Virus record (IMG/VR): IMGVR_UViG_3300005077_000121
Location: 1 to 35,559 of that record
Length of the DNA: 35,559 nt
Source: a virus
Lineage: Duplodnaviria; Caudoviricetes
Strand: one strand, 5' to 3'
The notes beneath the pieces are model-generated. The model had not been told where the DNA came from. It was given only the letters and a program-made list of their open reading frames with translations, and made no database searches. Positions 24,319 through 34,687 of this stretch are shown piece by piece. Made by a program: the position numbers and the translations under genes. Within the stretch, counting starts at the first letter, position 1; the number at the start of each line of letters is the position of its first letter.

Positions 24319-25365
24319 TTATTTGTTATAGCTATTGAGTAATGCCACCGACTTCGGTCCAACGCGAACCGCCGACAACGGCGCATGTGCGAAGTCATCC
24401 ATTCCGTTGGAAACTTGCCACTTTACAACGGCTTTTGCCGTCAGTTTGAGGAAGTTCCCCGTACTCGGAATGTTCGTGTCCATGTATCCGCGTTCCTTCA
24501 GAATGTTTTGCAACGCGACCACGTCGGAATCGTTACGCATGCCGTAGGTGAGAAACTTCGTGAATATGTGGTTCGTCTTCGTAGATTGCGACGGCACAAG
24601 AGCCATGATGCTTGCGACACGGTTCCTGACGAAACTCTCCGTGAGAAGACGTTGCCCTGTCGGTTTCCCGTCCTTTTTGAGCGTCGAGAACGCATTGCAC
24701 GAGTCGTCGATAACGATACACCTTTCTCCGTTGTGGAGTGTGTAATTGCGTTTCCCTACGGCCGTGACGAAGTGTGAGAATGTTACGTCTCCTCCTTTGT
24801 GTTCCACGACCTCTTGCCATTCATCAGCATTCGTACGCACGAGAAAGACGATAGCGTGCCCCATTTCGAGTGATTGCGCGATTGCGTCCATGCTCGTACT
24901 GCCACCGATTGCGTGAAAATAATACGCGCTTATCGTGTATCGCTCTTTCATGAGCAGGTCTGCGATGTACTTTGTCGTGATACCGTTCATTTCCGCTTCC
25001 GTGAGCGTTTGTGACGGACTGCGCGATTCGCCCGTCGTTCCCGATTTTTTGAGGATGTCGGCAATGTCGTGCGCCCACATACCCTCTCCGTCATAGTTTT
25101 TACGGAAACGGTATATCGGATTTGCCGACGCAACGACCGACGTAAAGCCCTCGATTGCCTTTGCTCCCGCTTGCCCCCCACAGGACGATGACGTGCTTTG
25201 CGTGCGGAGCGACCACACGTCCCAGTCGAATGTGTCACGTGCCTTCCACACCGGCACGCTCACGCTCCCGCCGAGTATTTCCTCCGGGGTATAATCTTGC
25301 GCTTTCTCCTCGTCGCTCCGAGGATCTTCCGGCACGAATGTGCCTGTGAGTTGGTCCATGCTCAT
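24319..25365 (-). CDS. Putative endolysin: papain-like cysteine peptidase plus C-terminal peptidoglycan-binding domain
   Basis: RTQSTSSSCGGQA (Q..C), FSHFVTAVG (H), IVIDDS; DVVALQNILKERGY..TGNFLKLTAKAVVKWQ..VGPKS. Sits between two holin-like genes. Confidence 0.75.
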   Translation of the reverse strand: MSMDQLTGTFVPEDPRSDEEKAQDYTPEEILGGSVSVPVWKARDTFDWDVWSLRTQSTSSSCGGQAGAKAIEGFTSVVASANPIYRFRKNYDGEGMWAHDIADILKKSGTTGESRSPSQTLTEAEMNGITTKYIADLLMKERYTISAYYFHAIGGSTSMDAIAQSLEMGHAIVFLVRTNADEWQEVVEHKGGDVTFSHFVTAVGKRNYTLHNGERCIVIDDSCNAFSTLKKDGKPTGQRLLTESFVRNRVASIMALVPSQSTKTNHIFTKFLTYGMRNDSDVVALQNILKERGYMDTNIPSTGNFLKLTAKAVVKWQVSNGMDDFAHAPLSAVRVGPKSVALLNSYNK

Positions 25366-25817
25366 CGTGTGCTTATGATTTTATCGAGTAATGTCCGTAT
25401 GCGCCCTATGGCCCATGATACGGCGTCAAATTCGACCTTCACTGATCGTGTTCTCGCGGAGTATATGTTCCCGAGGACAGAATACGTTTCGCCCAAAATC
25501 GCCACATTTACGAATCCCTGCACCGTTGCCGACATATCGAATCCGACACCCTTTCCGGCAAGTCCTACGGTGAATATGGACGTGAGCGCGAGCGCTTTCT
25601 TTATCACGCCAAATGTCAATTCTTTGGAAGTCACCGAACGCCATCCCTTTATGATTCCGGTCCTCACGATTCCGGTTACTATGTCGATAAACATGAGGGT
25701 CGCGTATATGCCGATGCTTTCCGGATTTATGCCGACATACTGCAATGCGCTCGCAAAAACGACCGCATATGATGCGTTTTTTACGATTGCGAGCGTTGTG
25801 AGGTGTTCTGTTGGCAT
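25362..25817 (-). CDS. Phage holin (holin 4 family-like)
   Basis: IDIVTGIV...TSKELTFGVIKK...ETYSVLGNI with TM segments. Confidence 0.8.
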   Translation of the reverse strand: MPTEHLTTLAIVKNASYAVVFASALQYVGINPESIGIYATLMFIDIVTGIVRTGIIKGWRSVTSKELTFGVIKKALALTSIFTVGLAGKGVGFDMSATVQGFVNVAILGETYSVLGNIYSARTRSVKVEFDAVSWAIGRIRTLLDKIISTR

Positions 25818-25820
25818 ATC

Positions 25821-27308
25821 TCAATAAAACAATAACGACGTCGTCGATAACGCAATGCCGACAACATATGCCGAAGACGTAGTGCCGAGTGTTCCATCTT
25901 CTTGTATATAGTATTTCTCTCCTTCCGTAAGTCCTGTCATCCCTGTGACGAGTGTCCCATGTGCCGTATGAATGATTGCATCATTTCCACTGTCAGTGTC
26001 TTCTCGATTTATGCCGACAAACTCATCCCTGTCATCTATTGTGTCAAATGTGCCGACCACAGCACACATATTGTTGCTTTCATAATACGTCACAAACACT
26101 CTAGAGCGAGAAAGCATAAATGCGTCGAGTGATTTATCAGCACCTGTCGCAAATGCTCCAGTTGTCGCAACTGCAGAAATGTCAGTCATTCCCGTATTTA
26201 TTGTAAATATTTTCGCATATACGTATCCGGATTGGATATACGTCGAGAGTATTTTTGCACCCATATATGTATCTCCGGAATACATCATGGCAAGTTTTCC
26301 AGTTACCCCACCGCTCGAAGACACACTGTACGGTGTGGAACATGACAATGTCGTTCCGCTTACAGAGAGAATCGCAGCGTATGCTGTTGTCGAGCTGTCG
26401 AACGCATGTATGAATGCTTTCGTATCTGACAAGGGTATTATTTGCTGATATGCTCCATCGTAATCATCGAGAGTCGTTATTTCACTACCCCAAGACGATA
26501 TTGTTGTACCGCTTACCGTAGCGGCTTTCAGTCGTAATCCACTGTATCTTCCCCCCCCACTACCATACGAAACGACGAGAGATGCCGCGGACAACAAGAG
26601 TATACGTGCATCGTAAGGATAATCAGCGGCAGTGCCATCTACAACTATACTTGCACTTCCGAGAGATGGCGTTGTCCCAGACACTGACCCGATTGCGGCA
26701 TACAAATCGTATCCATTTTTATACGCAAGCGCGAATGTGTCTGAATCGAGTACAGACACAGCAAGAGGTCGTTGCCCGACGTCTACCGGTGTTCCGAGTG
26801 TAATAGTCGTTCCCGACACAGTTCCAACGACCATCGCATTGTTGTATGTTGCGATGAACGATGTATCACTTAGACGTTCTATAATAAATGGCTCACCCCC
26901 CATGCCTGCGACTATGATTGTTGCCTCTGCGTTATTTGTAAGGCCGCCATTTGATGCAATAGACACTGTTCTGAAGCCGACAGTTGTCGAATCCTTGACA
27001 TATATGTGAACGGCCAGCAACGCTGTGAGAAGTGCAGAGTCTCTGTAATATGGATTTCCAAGCGCAAAATTCGCAGGTGTGGCAAGTGATGGTGTTGTGT
27101 CGGCGACATCGATATACTCACCGACAATCTTGCGTACTTCCACACCGCTATTCGACGCAAGTTTTACCAAATCAAAAGCAGAGAGGTCTTCTCCCGCATT
27201 TATTTCTTGCTCTTTCGTAAGACGTATATTTTCGTACACATTATTAAATTCACCATTCAAGTCCGACGCATATACATCTTCACCGGGTGACCATGTTTTT
27301 ATTGCCAT
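25821..27308 (-). CDS. Tail fibre / receptor-binding protein with beta-rich repeats
   Basis: MAIKTWSPGEDVYASDLN N-terminus, repeated (G/T)VSGTT(I/L)S.G, C-terminal GLTEGEKYYIQEDGTL; last gene of the tail module. Confidence 0.75.
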   Translation of the reverse strand: MAIKTWSPGEDVYASDLNGEFNNVYENIRLTKEQEINAGEDLSAFDLVKLASNSGVEVRKIVGEYIDVADTTPSLATPANFALGNPYYRDSALLTALLAVHIYVKDSTTVGFRTVSIASNGGLTNNAEATIIVAGMGGEPFIIERLSDTSFIATYNNAMVVGTVSGTTITLGTPVDVGQRPLAVSVLDSDTFALAYKNGYDLYAAIGSVSGTTPSLGSASIVVDGTAADYPYDARILLLSAASLVVSYGSGGGRYSGLRLKAATVSGTTISSWGSEITTLDDYDGAYQQIIPLSDTKAFIHAFDSSTTAYAAILSVSGTTLSCSTPYSVSSSGGVTGKLAMMYSGDTYMGAKILSTYIQSGYVYAKIFTINTGMTDISAVATTGAFATGADKSLDAFMLSRSRVFVTYYESNNMCAVVGTFDTIDDRDEFVGINREDTDSGNDAIIHTAHGTLVTGMTGLTEGEKYYIQEDGTLGTTSSAYVVGIALSTTSLLFY

Positions 27309-27313
27309 AAAAA

Positions 27314-27883
27314 TTATTCGCCCTCAAGAAGGGTGTACTTAGCTGATATGAACATGCTACCATTCTTCTGCCATCCTCCTGTCTTCAGAAGCGACCACGC
27401 CTGACCGGAATCTGCCGTAACCGTACCATCTATGAATGCACCGAATTCCTCGAACGTCTGGTCCGCAACGTCACCGGATGCGATAAACCAATCGATATAC
27501 GCGATGTTCTCATCGAATGCTTGGCTCGCCGCTTGGCAACGGTATACTTCGCTACCCAGTTCTGTAGATGCGTTCGTAAACGCCGGCGTTGCGTCGCTTC
27601 CGAGTGCCCCCCAATCGACCTCTCCGGAATATGTCGTGTCACCGCACAGGATACGTGCGAGCACAGTGCGCCCGGATGTCGGTATGAGATTGTGCGCCTT
27701 TCGGACATCTGTGATTATTCCGAGATGTTTCAGTGTGTTTATGACTGCATCGTTTCCGGAACGAAGAGCAACACGGATATCATCGAGCACGGCATGTCCT
27801 TTCTGTATTGTCGGAGAAAGAGAAAGAGCGACATATTCGCCACGCACAGTGCCTCGTTCGTTTGCAAATTTTGTAGTGTCCAT
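27314..27883 (-). CDS. Tail-tip/baseplate protein
   Basis: HNLIPTSGR..ALGSDATPAFTNASTELGSEVYR..EEFGAF; preceded by TGGTATAAT at 27905-27897. Confidence 0.65.
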   Translation of the reverse strand: MDTTKFANERGTVRGEYVALSLSPTIQKGHAVLDDIRVALRSGNDAVINTLKHLGIITDVRKAHNLIPTSGRTVLARILCGDTTYSGEVDWGALGSDATPAFTNASTELGSEVYRCQAASQAFDENIAYIDWFIASGDVADQTFEEFGAFIDGTVTADSGQAWSLLKTGGWQKNGSMFISAKYTLLEGE

Positions 27884-27912
27884 GAGAAGTGACTATATTA
27901 TACCACCGACAA

Positions 27913-29415
27913 TCAATAAACGACAAATGAGATATCCAGACGTCCCGGACGTTTTGGATCTGATTGCGATGTCGGCGTATAGGGAGCAAGTACGTATATC
28001 GCATCCGTTTCGTCTCCGAGCGGATCCACGGCATATGTCTCATCGACAGTCACCGTTCGCTCGTCGGATACTGCTGATATAACCTCTATTTCCTCTCGAA
28101 CTTTTACAATCTGAGTATCGGTATATATCTCCTCTGCAACCTCACTTTCATCGCTCGCGCGCGGGTCCGGCTCGAGTATTTTCTGTAAAAGCGTTATAAA
28201 ATCATACCGTTTCGTGCTTACAAGTTGCGCGGTATATACGAACGACTCGTGATCACGCATCGTGAATGAGAGCGTCTTTATGATGAGTTCGTCGTCGATA
28301 TCTTGCAGGTCGCTCTGCACGCGGACAATCATCCCCGCGCGCAATCCGGATGTATATGTCTTGAATGACGCGTCGATAACCGGCTCCGCATATGAGTACA
28401 GCTCGGCGTTTGCCCTGCGCCTTGCGACCGTGTTCGACTCAATCGAGTCGTCACGTATGAGTTTTTCCACAATCCCGTACTGTGCGATACTAATCGGGTC
28501 TTCCGCAACCGAGAACACGGGACGCTTCGGATTTCCCGAGAAGCGTATCTTGTCTCCGTCAGACAAGTTATTTTCGAACCGTATCATCTGCTCTTGGAAG
28601 TTATATAGTACGTCATCTGTCGTAAAGTCATCTATGAAATCGATACCGACATTCTGCGATACATACCCCCCTCCCGTATCAAGTTCTACTGTGAGATTTG
28701 CAAATCGATAGGGCAGTTCGAATGACTTCGTGTCATTTCCTCCGGCGGTCAATGTATCGGTGTATGGTGCTCCGTTATATTCTCCTCCGCGCACCTTGAC
28801 TCGGTTCGCGACTTGGCTCCCGTCTGTATTCCGTTTAAGTGTCTTGTAGATATAATTCCCGTCAGTATCGGTCACATCGAACGGAGCAATATTCGTATAT
28901 TTCTGGAAAAAATGCACGTCCTTTTCTTCGTCGACGTACCAATTGTAGTTCAGAATATCGGCGAGACGTTTTATACAGGTACTCACGGGAACCTGATTGA
29001 ATACGATTTTTTCGATGACGAATATCGAAGCAACATTTGCGTATGTGAAGCTCGGTGCATAACTGTTGATCAGGTCTGCAATGATGTCATGCACGGTTTC
29101 GTTTTCATAGGATTTCGATGCAAGTCGTTTGTCGAGATTGTATGTATAATCGACACACTGTACCTCGAAAAATACCCCGCCTGCTCTCGTTGCCGGTGAT
29201 TGGTTCACGCTCATGACGGTACCGCCGAATATCTTCGTCGTACCGTCGTATATGGCAACCTCCTGCCCATATTCCGGAATGAATGTTTTTCCTCCCGCAT
29301 AGCGCACATCGAAGTCGGCCGTATCGACCTTACTTGTTATATTTTGCGATACCGCAAGAGAACCTTGGATGATTTGGTCCGTCACGTCCGCACTGTTTAC
29401 GAGTACTTGTATCAT
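27913..29415 (-). CDS. Tail hub / minor tail protein
   Basis: 500 aa after the tape measure; IKRLADILNYNWYVDEEKDVHF, NRVKVRGG, SIAQYG. Confidence 0.75.
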   Translation of the reverse strand: MIQVLVNSADVTDQIIQGSLAVSQNITSKVDTADFDVRYAGGKTFIPEYGQEVAIYDGTTKIFGGTVMSVNQSPATRAGGVFFEVQCVDYTYNLDKRLASKSYENETVHDIIADLINSYAPSFTYANVASIFVIEKIVFNQVPVSTCIKRLADILNYNWYVDEEKDVHFFQKYTNIAPFDVTDTDGNYIYKTLKRNTDGSQVANRVKVRGGEYNGAPYTDTLTAGGNDTKSFELPYRFANLTVELDTGGGYVSQNVGIDFIDDFTTDDVLYNFQEQMIRFENNLSDGDKIRFSGNPKRPVFSVAEDPISIAQYGIVEKLIRDDSIESNTVARRRANAELYSYAEPVIDASFKTYTSGLRAGMIVRVQSDLQDIDDELIIKTLSFTMRDHESFVYTAQLVSTKRYDFITLLQKILEPDPRASDESEVAEEIYTDTQIVKVREEIEVISAVSDERTVTVDETYAVDPLGDETDAIYVLAPYTPTSQSDPKRPGRLDISFVVY

Positions 29416-30962
29416 ATTGCAAGTTTTACGTTTGCTCGAAGCGACATCATGATTGCTTCCTGCACTCTATCCACCAGTTCCTTTCCGGACACGTCCCCGT
29501 TCACGACAACATTCACAGACATGCCGCCGGATCCGTTCGGTATGATTGTTCCGCTCGAGCGCGGCACAAACATTTCAGGCCCGCGTTCTCCCACAACATA
29601 CGGTTGCCCTGCTGAAACATGCCCTCCGTCGGCGCGGAATACCGAACTCACGGCACTTCCTACCGATTTCACGGCTCCGCTCACAAAGTTACCGGTCGCG
29701 CTTGCAACCTTCTGCGACCATTCCCATGCACTTTTGAAGCTGTCGATGAGTTTTACGACACTGTCATACACCGCAAGTATCGTCTCCCCTATGGAATCGA
29801 ATGCCGGCTTGAGCACCGAGTAGAATACCGTGTTTATTTTTGCGCACCACGTTCTCAATTCTATGAAGAGCAACACAAGTCCTTCGATTGCTTTTATAAC
29901 GGCACCTATTGCGACGACGAGTATGAATCCGAACACTTTTGCGAGTTCTTGCACGTACGGAGCATACGGCTTCAGTGTTTCCCACAAGTCCATGAGTGCC
30001 GGTTTCAGGTTCGTGTTAAAACTATCCACAATGTTATCCCATGCCTCTTTCAGGAGTGTCACAAGTCCGGTATTTTCATCGAGTGTTTGTATCCATTCGG
30101 AAACTGTTTTTTGCACGGATTGGACGTTCTCTTTATAGTTCATCAGCCAATTCGATGAAGTAATCATCGCTTGCGTAAGGCCATCAAACAACCCCGTCTC
30201 GTTCACCAGATCAGCGAGGAATATGCCAATACTGTCTTTCATGTTCGACATTGCCTGATTGAATGTTCCGGCGTTGTTTTTGTATGCATCAAAGAAGCGC
30301 CCGCCAGAGTCGTTTGCTTTATCGAACATCTCGGTAAGGACGTCGAACGTAACACCGCCATTTTCGATGAGGTCTTGCAGTTCTTGCCCTGTCTTTCCTG
30401 TCGTCTCGGCAAGCATTTCATAAATAGGTATTCCGGCAAACGCGAATTGCTTTATGTCGATAGTTGCAGCACGACCAACCGCAGCAATCTGTTGCAGGTT
30501 CACGATGATACGGTCGAGTTCCGCCTGACCTTTTCCCATTGCCGCAAGTCCTTCGCCGATATCGAGAATGATATCGATTGACTTGTTCCCGTCCTTTGTG
30601 ACAGATGTGAGGAGTTGCACCGCCTGCGTAAGTCCGGGGAGTTCGAATGGTGTCCGCGCCGCCTCGACCTTGAGGCGCGCTACCGTCTCTGCCGCCTTTT
30701 CGCTCGACCCGAGAAGAGTTTGGAGTCCCACTTCGGCTGTCTGGAGTTGCGCCGCAACCTCTATACCCCATTTCGCCCCGCCAATAGCAACGGCTCCGAT
30801 TGCCGACGCGACAACAGCTGCCGCTTTTCCTATGGACGCCAAAGTTCCGCCCCATCCGGAGGCGGACTTTTCTGCATTGCTGAATTCACCTGAAATCTTC
30901 CGCAATTCTGCGGACGCTTGGTCTTGCAATTTGAGAATGATTTGCAGTTGGCGATTGTCCAT
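29412..30962 (-). CDS. Tape measure protein
   Basis: AARTPFELPGL, GTFNQAMSNMKD, RADGGHVSAGQPYVVGERGPEMFVP; follows the tail chaperones. Confidence 0.92.
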   Translation of the reverse strand: MDNRQLQIILKLQDQASAELRKISGEFSNAEKSASGWGGTLASIGKAAAVVASAIGAVAIGGAKWGIEVAAQLQTAEVGLQTLLGSSEKAAETVARLKVEAARTPFELPGLTQAVQLLTSVTKDGNKSIDIILDIGEGLAAMGKGQAELDRIIVNLQQIAAVGRAATIDIKQFAFAGIPIYEMLAETTGKTGQELQDLIENGGVTFDVLTEMFDKANDSGGRFFDAYKNNAGTFNQAMSNMKDSIGIFLADLVNETGLFDGLTQAMITSSNWLMNYKENVQSVQKTVSEWIQTLDENTGLVTLLKEAWDNIVDSFNTNLKPALMDLWETLKPYAPYVQELAKVFGFILVVAIGAVIKAIEGLVLLFIELRTWCAKINTVFYSVLKPAFDSIGETILAVYDSVVKLIDSFKSAWEWSQKVASATGNFVSGAVKSVGSAVSSVFRADGGHVSAGQPYVVGERGPEMFVPRSSGTIIPNGSGGMSVNVVVNGDVSGKELVDRVQEAIMMSLRANVKLAI

Positions 30963-30964
30963 GG

Positions 30965-31174
30965 TTATTTCGTGGACCCTTTCATTTGACGGATCCTGTC
31001 TATGCTGTTTGTTTCGGATATTATTTCGAGGTACTGATGGACATCATCTATATTCATCGAACGTATTTGTTCTGGTGTCCACCCGTATCTATGCGACAAT
31101 GCCTCCATGATAACGGGACCGCTCCATTCCTTCTTCCCTTCAAGTTCTTTTCGGAGTGTGCGCCCCGGTACTAT
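30965..31174 (-). CDS. Tail chaperone GT extension reached by -1 frameshift
   Basis: The -1 frame is open from the A8 run: IVPGRTLRKELEGKKEWSGPVIMEALSHRYGWTPEQIRSMNIDDVHQYLEII, stopping just before the tape measure ATG. Confidence 0.75.
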   Translation of the reverse strand: MVPGRTLRKELEGKKEWSGPVIMEALSHRYGWTPEQIRSMNIDDVHQYLEIISETNSIDRIRQMKGSTK

Positions 31175-31491
31175 TTTTTTTCAGGAGACGTAACTGCGTT
31201 TATTGCCGCAAAGAGCGTATCTCCGTCATCGACAGTGAGATTGTCCATCCACTCCTTCGTATACGGAATATCCGTACCGTCCTTGAGTGTTATCTTCTTC
31301 ACACACACCTCTATCGTCTTATATTTTGCCTTTGTGAGAATTGACGCGTCGAGATCGAGTGATTGCTTCTCCTTGTCGGTAAGCCCTTGGACGCGAATAC
31401 CGCCAAGCATTGCGGAGCGTATCGCCTCCTGCTGGCCCCACGTTATCGAGTCGAGGATTTCAACATCTGCGTTTGATAGTGTAACAATCAT
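31171..31491 (-). CDS. Tail assembly chaperone (G)
   Basis: Between tail tube and tape measure; ends GAA AAA AAA TAG (slippery A8). Confidence 0.8.
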   Translation of the reverse strand: MIVTLSNADVEILDSITWGQQEAIRSAMLGGIRVQGLTDKEKQSLDLDASILTKAKYKTIEVCVKKITLKDGTDIPYTKEWMDNLTVDDGDTLFAAINAVTSPEKK

Positions 31492-31495
31492 ATGC

Positions 31496-32485
31496 TTATG
31501 CGCTCGGTACGTTAGCGTACGAAGCGGTCAAGTTCTTCAATGTGACCGTGGACTGTTCTCCGTCTGTCGGATTGTAAAATGCCTTGAATGAAATCGGCTC
31601 TGTCACGAGGTCGTTTGCGCCCTCTCCGGAACGGTTCCAGTCCATGATTTGCACCTTATTGAGGACAATGGTTATTGTCGGATGCTGTCCCGTTGCGAGT
31701 TCCGCCTCTCCGGTAATGGTGATGCTCATGTACTTTGCGGTATTCCCAAGGTACAGGTCCTTGTAGGTCTCGTCGGCAAAGTTGAGCGTGAATGAGCCGT
31801 CGATTGCAAGTTTCGCGTTGTAAATATCGTCCGGATTGTATGATCCGACGACATGGTCCTTGACGAGACCTTGGTCCCATGTAATTGCGAAATCCTTTGC
31901 TTTTATCGCAGTCGCTCCTGAGAGTCCCGCTTCCGTATCGGCAATCTTGATGACAACGTCGCGCGCAACGAAGTCATACTCGGTATCGTAACTCGGCGTG
32001 TCACTGTTTGATGCCGCAACAGAAGCAAGGAACGATGCCGAGAAGCGCAGATAATCGTCTATCGCCGCAGTAATTTCGAGCGTATTTATCATTGCGTTCG
32101 AGAACGTGCTCTGTTGTACGGATCCGTCCTTCGCAAAAAGCGTGAGCGATTTGTGCTGAATGTTCTGTCCGAGTGTGAAGACATGCGACTTCACAGAGCC
32201 GGTTACTGTGCTCGTATTCACGACACCGTAGATATTCGACAAGAGCCATCCAAGCACATCGATATGCAAGATACCCGACACGTCTCCCTCGATATGCTTC
32301 TGAACAACACGGCGCCCTTCGCCGTCTTCAAGACGTCCGCGCGTTGTATCGTCGAGCGCATGCGTCGCGCGTTCAACGATATTCGCAGTTACTTTTCGCA
32401 GCCACTTGTCGGCAACGGTTTCCGCGGATCCGCGCGTTGCCTCTGTTGCTACTCCGAATTCGATGTTTCGTCCGATTATTTCCAT
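31496..32485 (-). CDS. Major tail tube protein
   Basis: 329-aa beta-rich protein in the canonical position; TGGTATACT at 32542-32534. Confidence 0.85.
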   Translation of the reverse strand: MEIIGRNIEFGVATEATRGSAETVADKWLRKVTANIVERATHALDDTTRGRLEDGEGRRVVQKHIEGDVSGILHIDVLGWLLSNIYGVVNTSTVTGSVKSHVFTLGQNIQHKSLTLFAKDGSVQQSTFSNAMINTLEITAAIDDYLRFSASFLASVAASNSDTPSYDTEYDFVARDVVIKIADTEAGLSGATAIKAKDFAITWDQGLVKDHVVGSYNPDDIYNAKLAIDGSFTLNFADETYKDLYLGNTAKYMSITITGEAELATGQHPTITIVLNKVQIMDWNRSGEGANDLVTEPISFKAFYNPTDGEQSTVTLKNLTASYANVPSA

Positions 32486-32544
32486 ATTGTATGTATCTGA
32501 TTAGTGATAAAAAATAACATCTATTATATACAAAGTATACCATG

Positions 32545-32970
32545 TCAATTACTGGTCAACAAACGAATCTCGACATTGAGCGGTGCGTATGCCACCACTC
32601 CGTCTTCTTCCTGCGACAGTTCCCATGCATCTGCTGAATCTATCTTTACGGTAACCCTATGCCCGTCAATCGTACCTCCGTCCCAATTCTCGTCGAATGC
32701 GTCAATGATTGCGTCAACAGTATTCGGCAGTACGGTTCCGAATGCCTCGCTCGGTTTCAGATTTGTATTCGTTCCGACCATGACAATCATCATAAACCGG
32801 TAGATTGCCATATTCTCGTTATTGGTTTCGAATGTATTTGAAAATCCGTCCGGCTTGAAAAAGACAGCGGGGAACTTCGTCAACTTGCTTTTTGGAACAC
32901 TGAAGACATCCTTCACGTTTGTGACGGATTCGAGAGTCGTCGTTATCTTTGTCATCAGAGTTGCATACAT
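32545..32970 (-). CDS. Tail terminator-like protein
   Basis: 141 aa with FPAVFFKP; directly before the tail tube; TGATATAAT 6 nt before the ATG. Confidence 0.65.
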   Translation of the reverse strand: MYATLMTKITTTLESVTNVKDVFSVPKSKLTKFPAVFFKPDGFSNTFETNNENMAIYRFMMIVMVGTNTNLKPSEAFGTVLPNTVDAIIDAFDENWDGGTIDGHRVTVKIDSADAWELSQEEDGVVAYAPLNVEIRLLTSN

Positions 32971-32982
32971 ACAGCAATTATA

Positions 32983-33432
32983 TCACTTCGCCAGGTCATG
33001 CACGATGTTGACAAGCATCTTTCGATACAGGTCCTCAATTGCACCATCCTGCGTGCTTTTCACATAGTCGAGCCACGGCCGTCCTTGCATCCGGCGTGTT
33101 CCTCCGTGCACATACGCAGCATACGGAGCAATCGATGTATTTGGACCTATGGTGCCTTTCAATCCGTTTATCTGCGTCGTGTGACTGTCTCGAAGATTAC
33201 CGGAGCGCTGTCGTTGGTATCGTCTCGGGTAGCGTGGGTCGTTCGATACAGGTGAACCCCCTCCTCTCCCGCCGATCCTCCACGGGTTTCGTATGATTCC
33301 CGCTTTATATACGGCAAGGCCCCGGGACAGAAACAATCTGCCCTCATCGAGCACTTTCTGCGGATTTCTGCGAATAGCATTCCGCAATTCTTTGAGTCCT
33401 ACCCATTGGAGTTCTGTTTTTGCCATATACAC
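32983..33432 (-). CDS. HK97 gp10-like tail-completion protein
   Basis: GLKEL..RSGNLRDS..APYAAYVHGGTRRMQGRPWL. Confidence 0.85.
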   Translation of the reverse strand: MYMAKTELQWVGLKELRNAIRRNPQKVLDEGRLFLSRGLAVYKAGIIRNPWRIGGRGGGSPVSNDPRYPRRYQRQRSGNLRDSHTTQINGLKGTIGPNTSIAPYAAYVHGGTRRMQGRPWLDYVKSTQDGAIEDLYRKMLVNIVHDLAK

Positions 33433-33654
33433 ATCATAGTACGTTATGCGTCACCATACAATGTACGGAAACATGTCCACCTGCGGACAGTTTTTTTCTG
33501 ACCATTATATTATTGCACTCCTCACATCTATTCTTGCTGGATTGCATATGTTGGATTTGTTGATTGTTCGATTGTAACCTCATGACCCCATGATGGTATA
33601 AAAATTTGAACCAGTCCATGTGGCTTTCATACTATGCCACAAGGATGTTTCGTG

Positions 33655-33975
33655 TCATTCGATATCCTGGATGATAGTGAGTGCCATATGTTCGTTGAGT
33701 CCTACTGCATGAATTTGCACGTTCTTTACGGAATACGTTCCCGCATAATCTCCCGATGCGATTGTGAGCGTGTCTCCCGGCTCCACGTCAGTACCTTTAC
33801 GACACCATGCGACAAACGTCAAGCCCCACGCTTCGCCAATATGTTGCGCGAAGTCAGGTTGCGCCTGTTGGATATGCCCTGAAAACGATCCTGCGGAAAC
33901 ATTGCCGCCACTCTCTCCGGACCATTCCATGCGCTCCACAGTGAAACTCGTTTTGAAGAATCTGTCGATGCTCAT
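33655..33975 (-). CDS. Head-closure / head-tail adaptor protein
   Basis: 106 aa, TDVEPGDTLTI..YSVKNV; position in the neck module. Confidence 0.7.
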   Translation of the reverse strand: MSIDRFFKTSFTVERMEWSGESGGNVSAGSFSGHIQQAQPDFAQHIGEAWGLTFVAWCRKGTDVEPGDTLTIASGDYAGTYSVKNVQIHAVGLNEHMALTIIQDIE

Positions 33976-34595
33976 ATGTGTATCCTTCGATATTGGTCGA
34001 GGATTTGTTTTGCGCGGTCGAAGTCGGCCCATGAATTCGGACCCGCATCATTATACGTTACCTTGTAGGTACCGATGCTCTCGCTCTGCACATCCCTTCC
34101 ACCACCTCTGGATTCGTTTATAATGCCCGCAACGAACACGGTCGCGGCAAATGATATGTCATCAGGAACATCGACACTGTAGCCCCATTTTGCCGTTATA
34201 CGCTGATTTTGTCGTCCTTCCGAGAACGTGCGAGCAGACAATACTATCTTGTGGATGGGAACACCGAGCACGGTTGCATTCGACGGATACGTGAAGTATC
34301 TGTCGGAACCGGTAGCTCCTACGGTTGTGAATGTTCCACCATATGAATCATTTCCGGCTTCGACGAGCGTCACTTCTACACATTCGTCGACAATAAGGTC
34401 CTCAGAGTCGTCGCCGTCAAATAGGCGTGCGCTTGCAACGGTATCGGCAATGAAGTTTCTGCCGGTATAGTTATCAATGATTCGTTCGACACTCGCGATC
34501 CACGAGTCGATTTGCCCGTCGAACGATGAGTCTATCTCTTTGAGGAGATAGTTCTCTATGTTTTCTTTGTCGGTGTATCCTTTGGGAGTTACCAT
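33972..34595 (-). CDS. Head-tail connector (gp6/gp15-like)
   Basis: IIDNYTGRNF, WGYSVDVPDDI, SESIGTYKVTY, ILDQYRR; TGATATAAT at 34613-34605. Confidence 0.85.
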   Translation of the reverse strand: MVTPKGYTDKENIENYLLKEIDSSFDGQIDSWIASVERIIDNYTGRNFIADTVASARLFDGDDSEDLIVDECVEVTLVEAGNDSYGGTFTTVGATGSDRYFTYPSNATVLGVPIHKIVLSARTFSEGRQNQRITAKWGYSVDVPDDISFAATVFVAGIINESRGGGRDVQSESIGTYKVTYNDAGPNSWADFDRAKQILDQYRRIHI

Positions 34596-34687
34596 GGCAT
34601 TTTCATTATATCACTAATAATAAAAACAATCTTGCGTGTTGAGTTCGTCGGTTGTGCACATATCTCGTCCTGATACCTGTTGCGTTA

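Noticed and set aside
33434-33619. Small ORF with CEEC between neck genes
   Set aside because: Could be a real peptide of about 37 aa, but the start and the second metal-binding pair are unclear, so support is insufficient.
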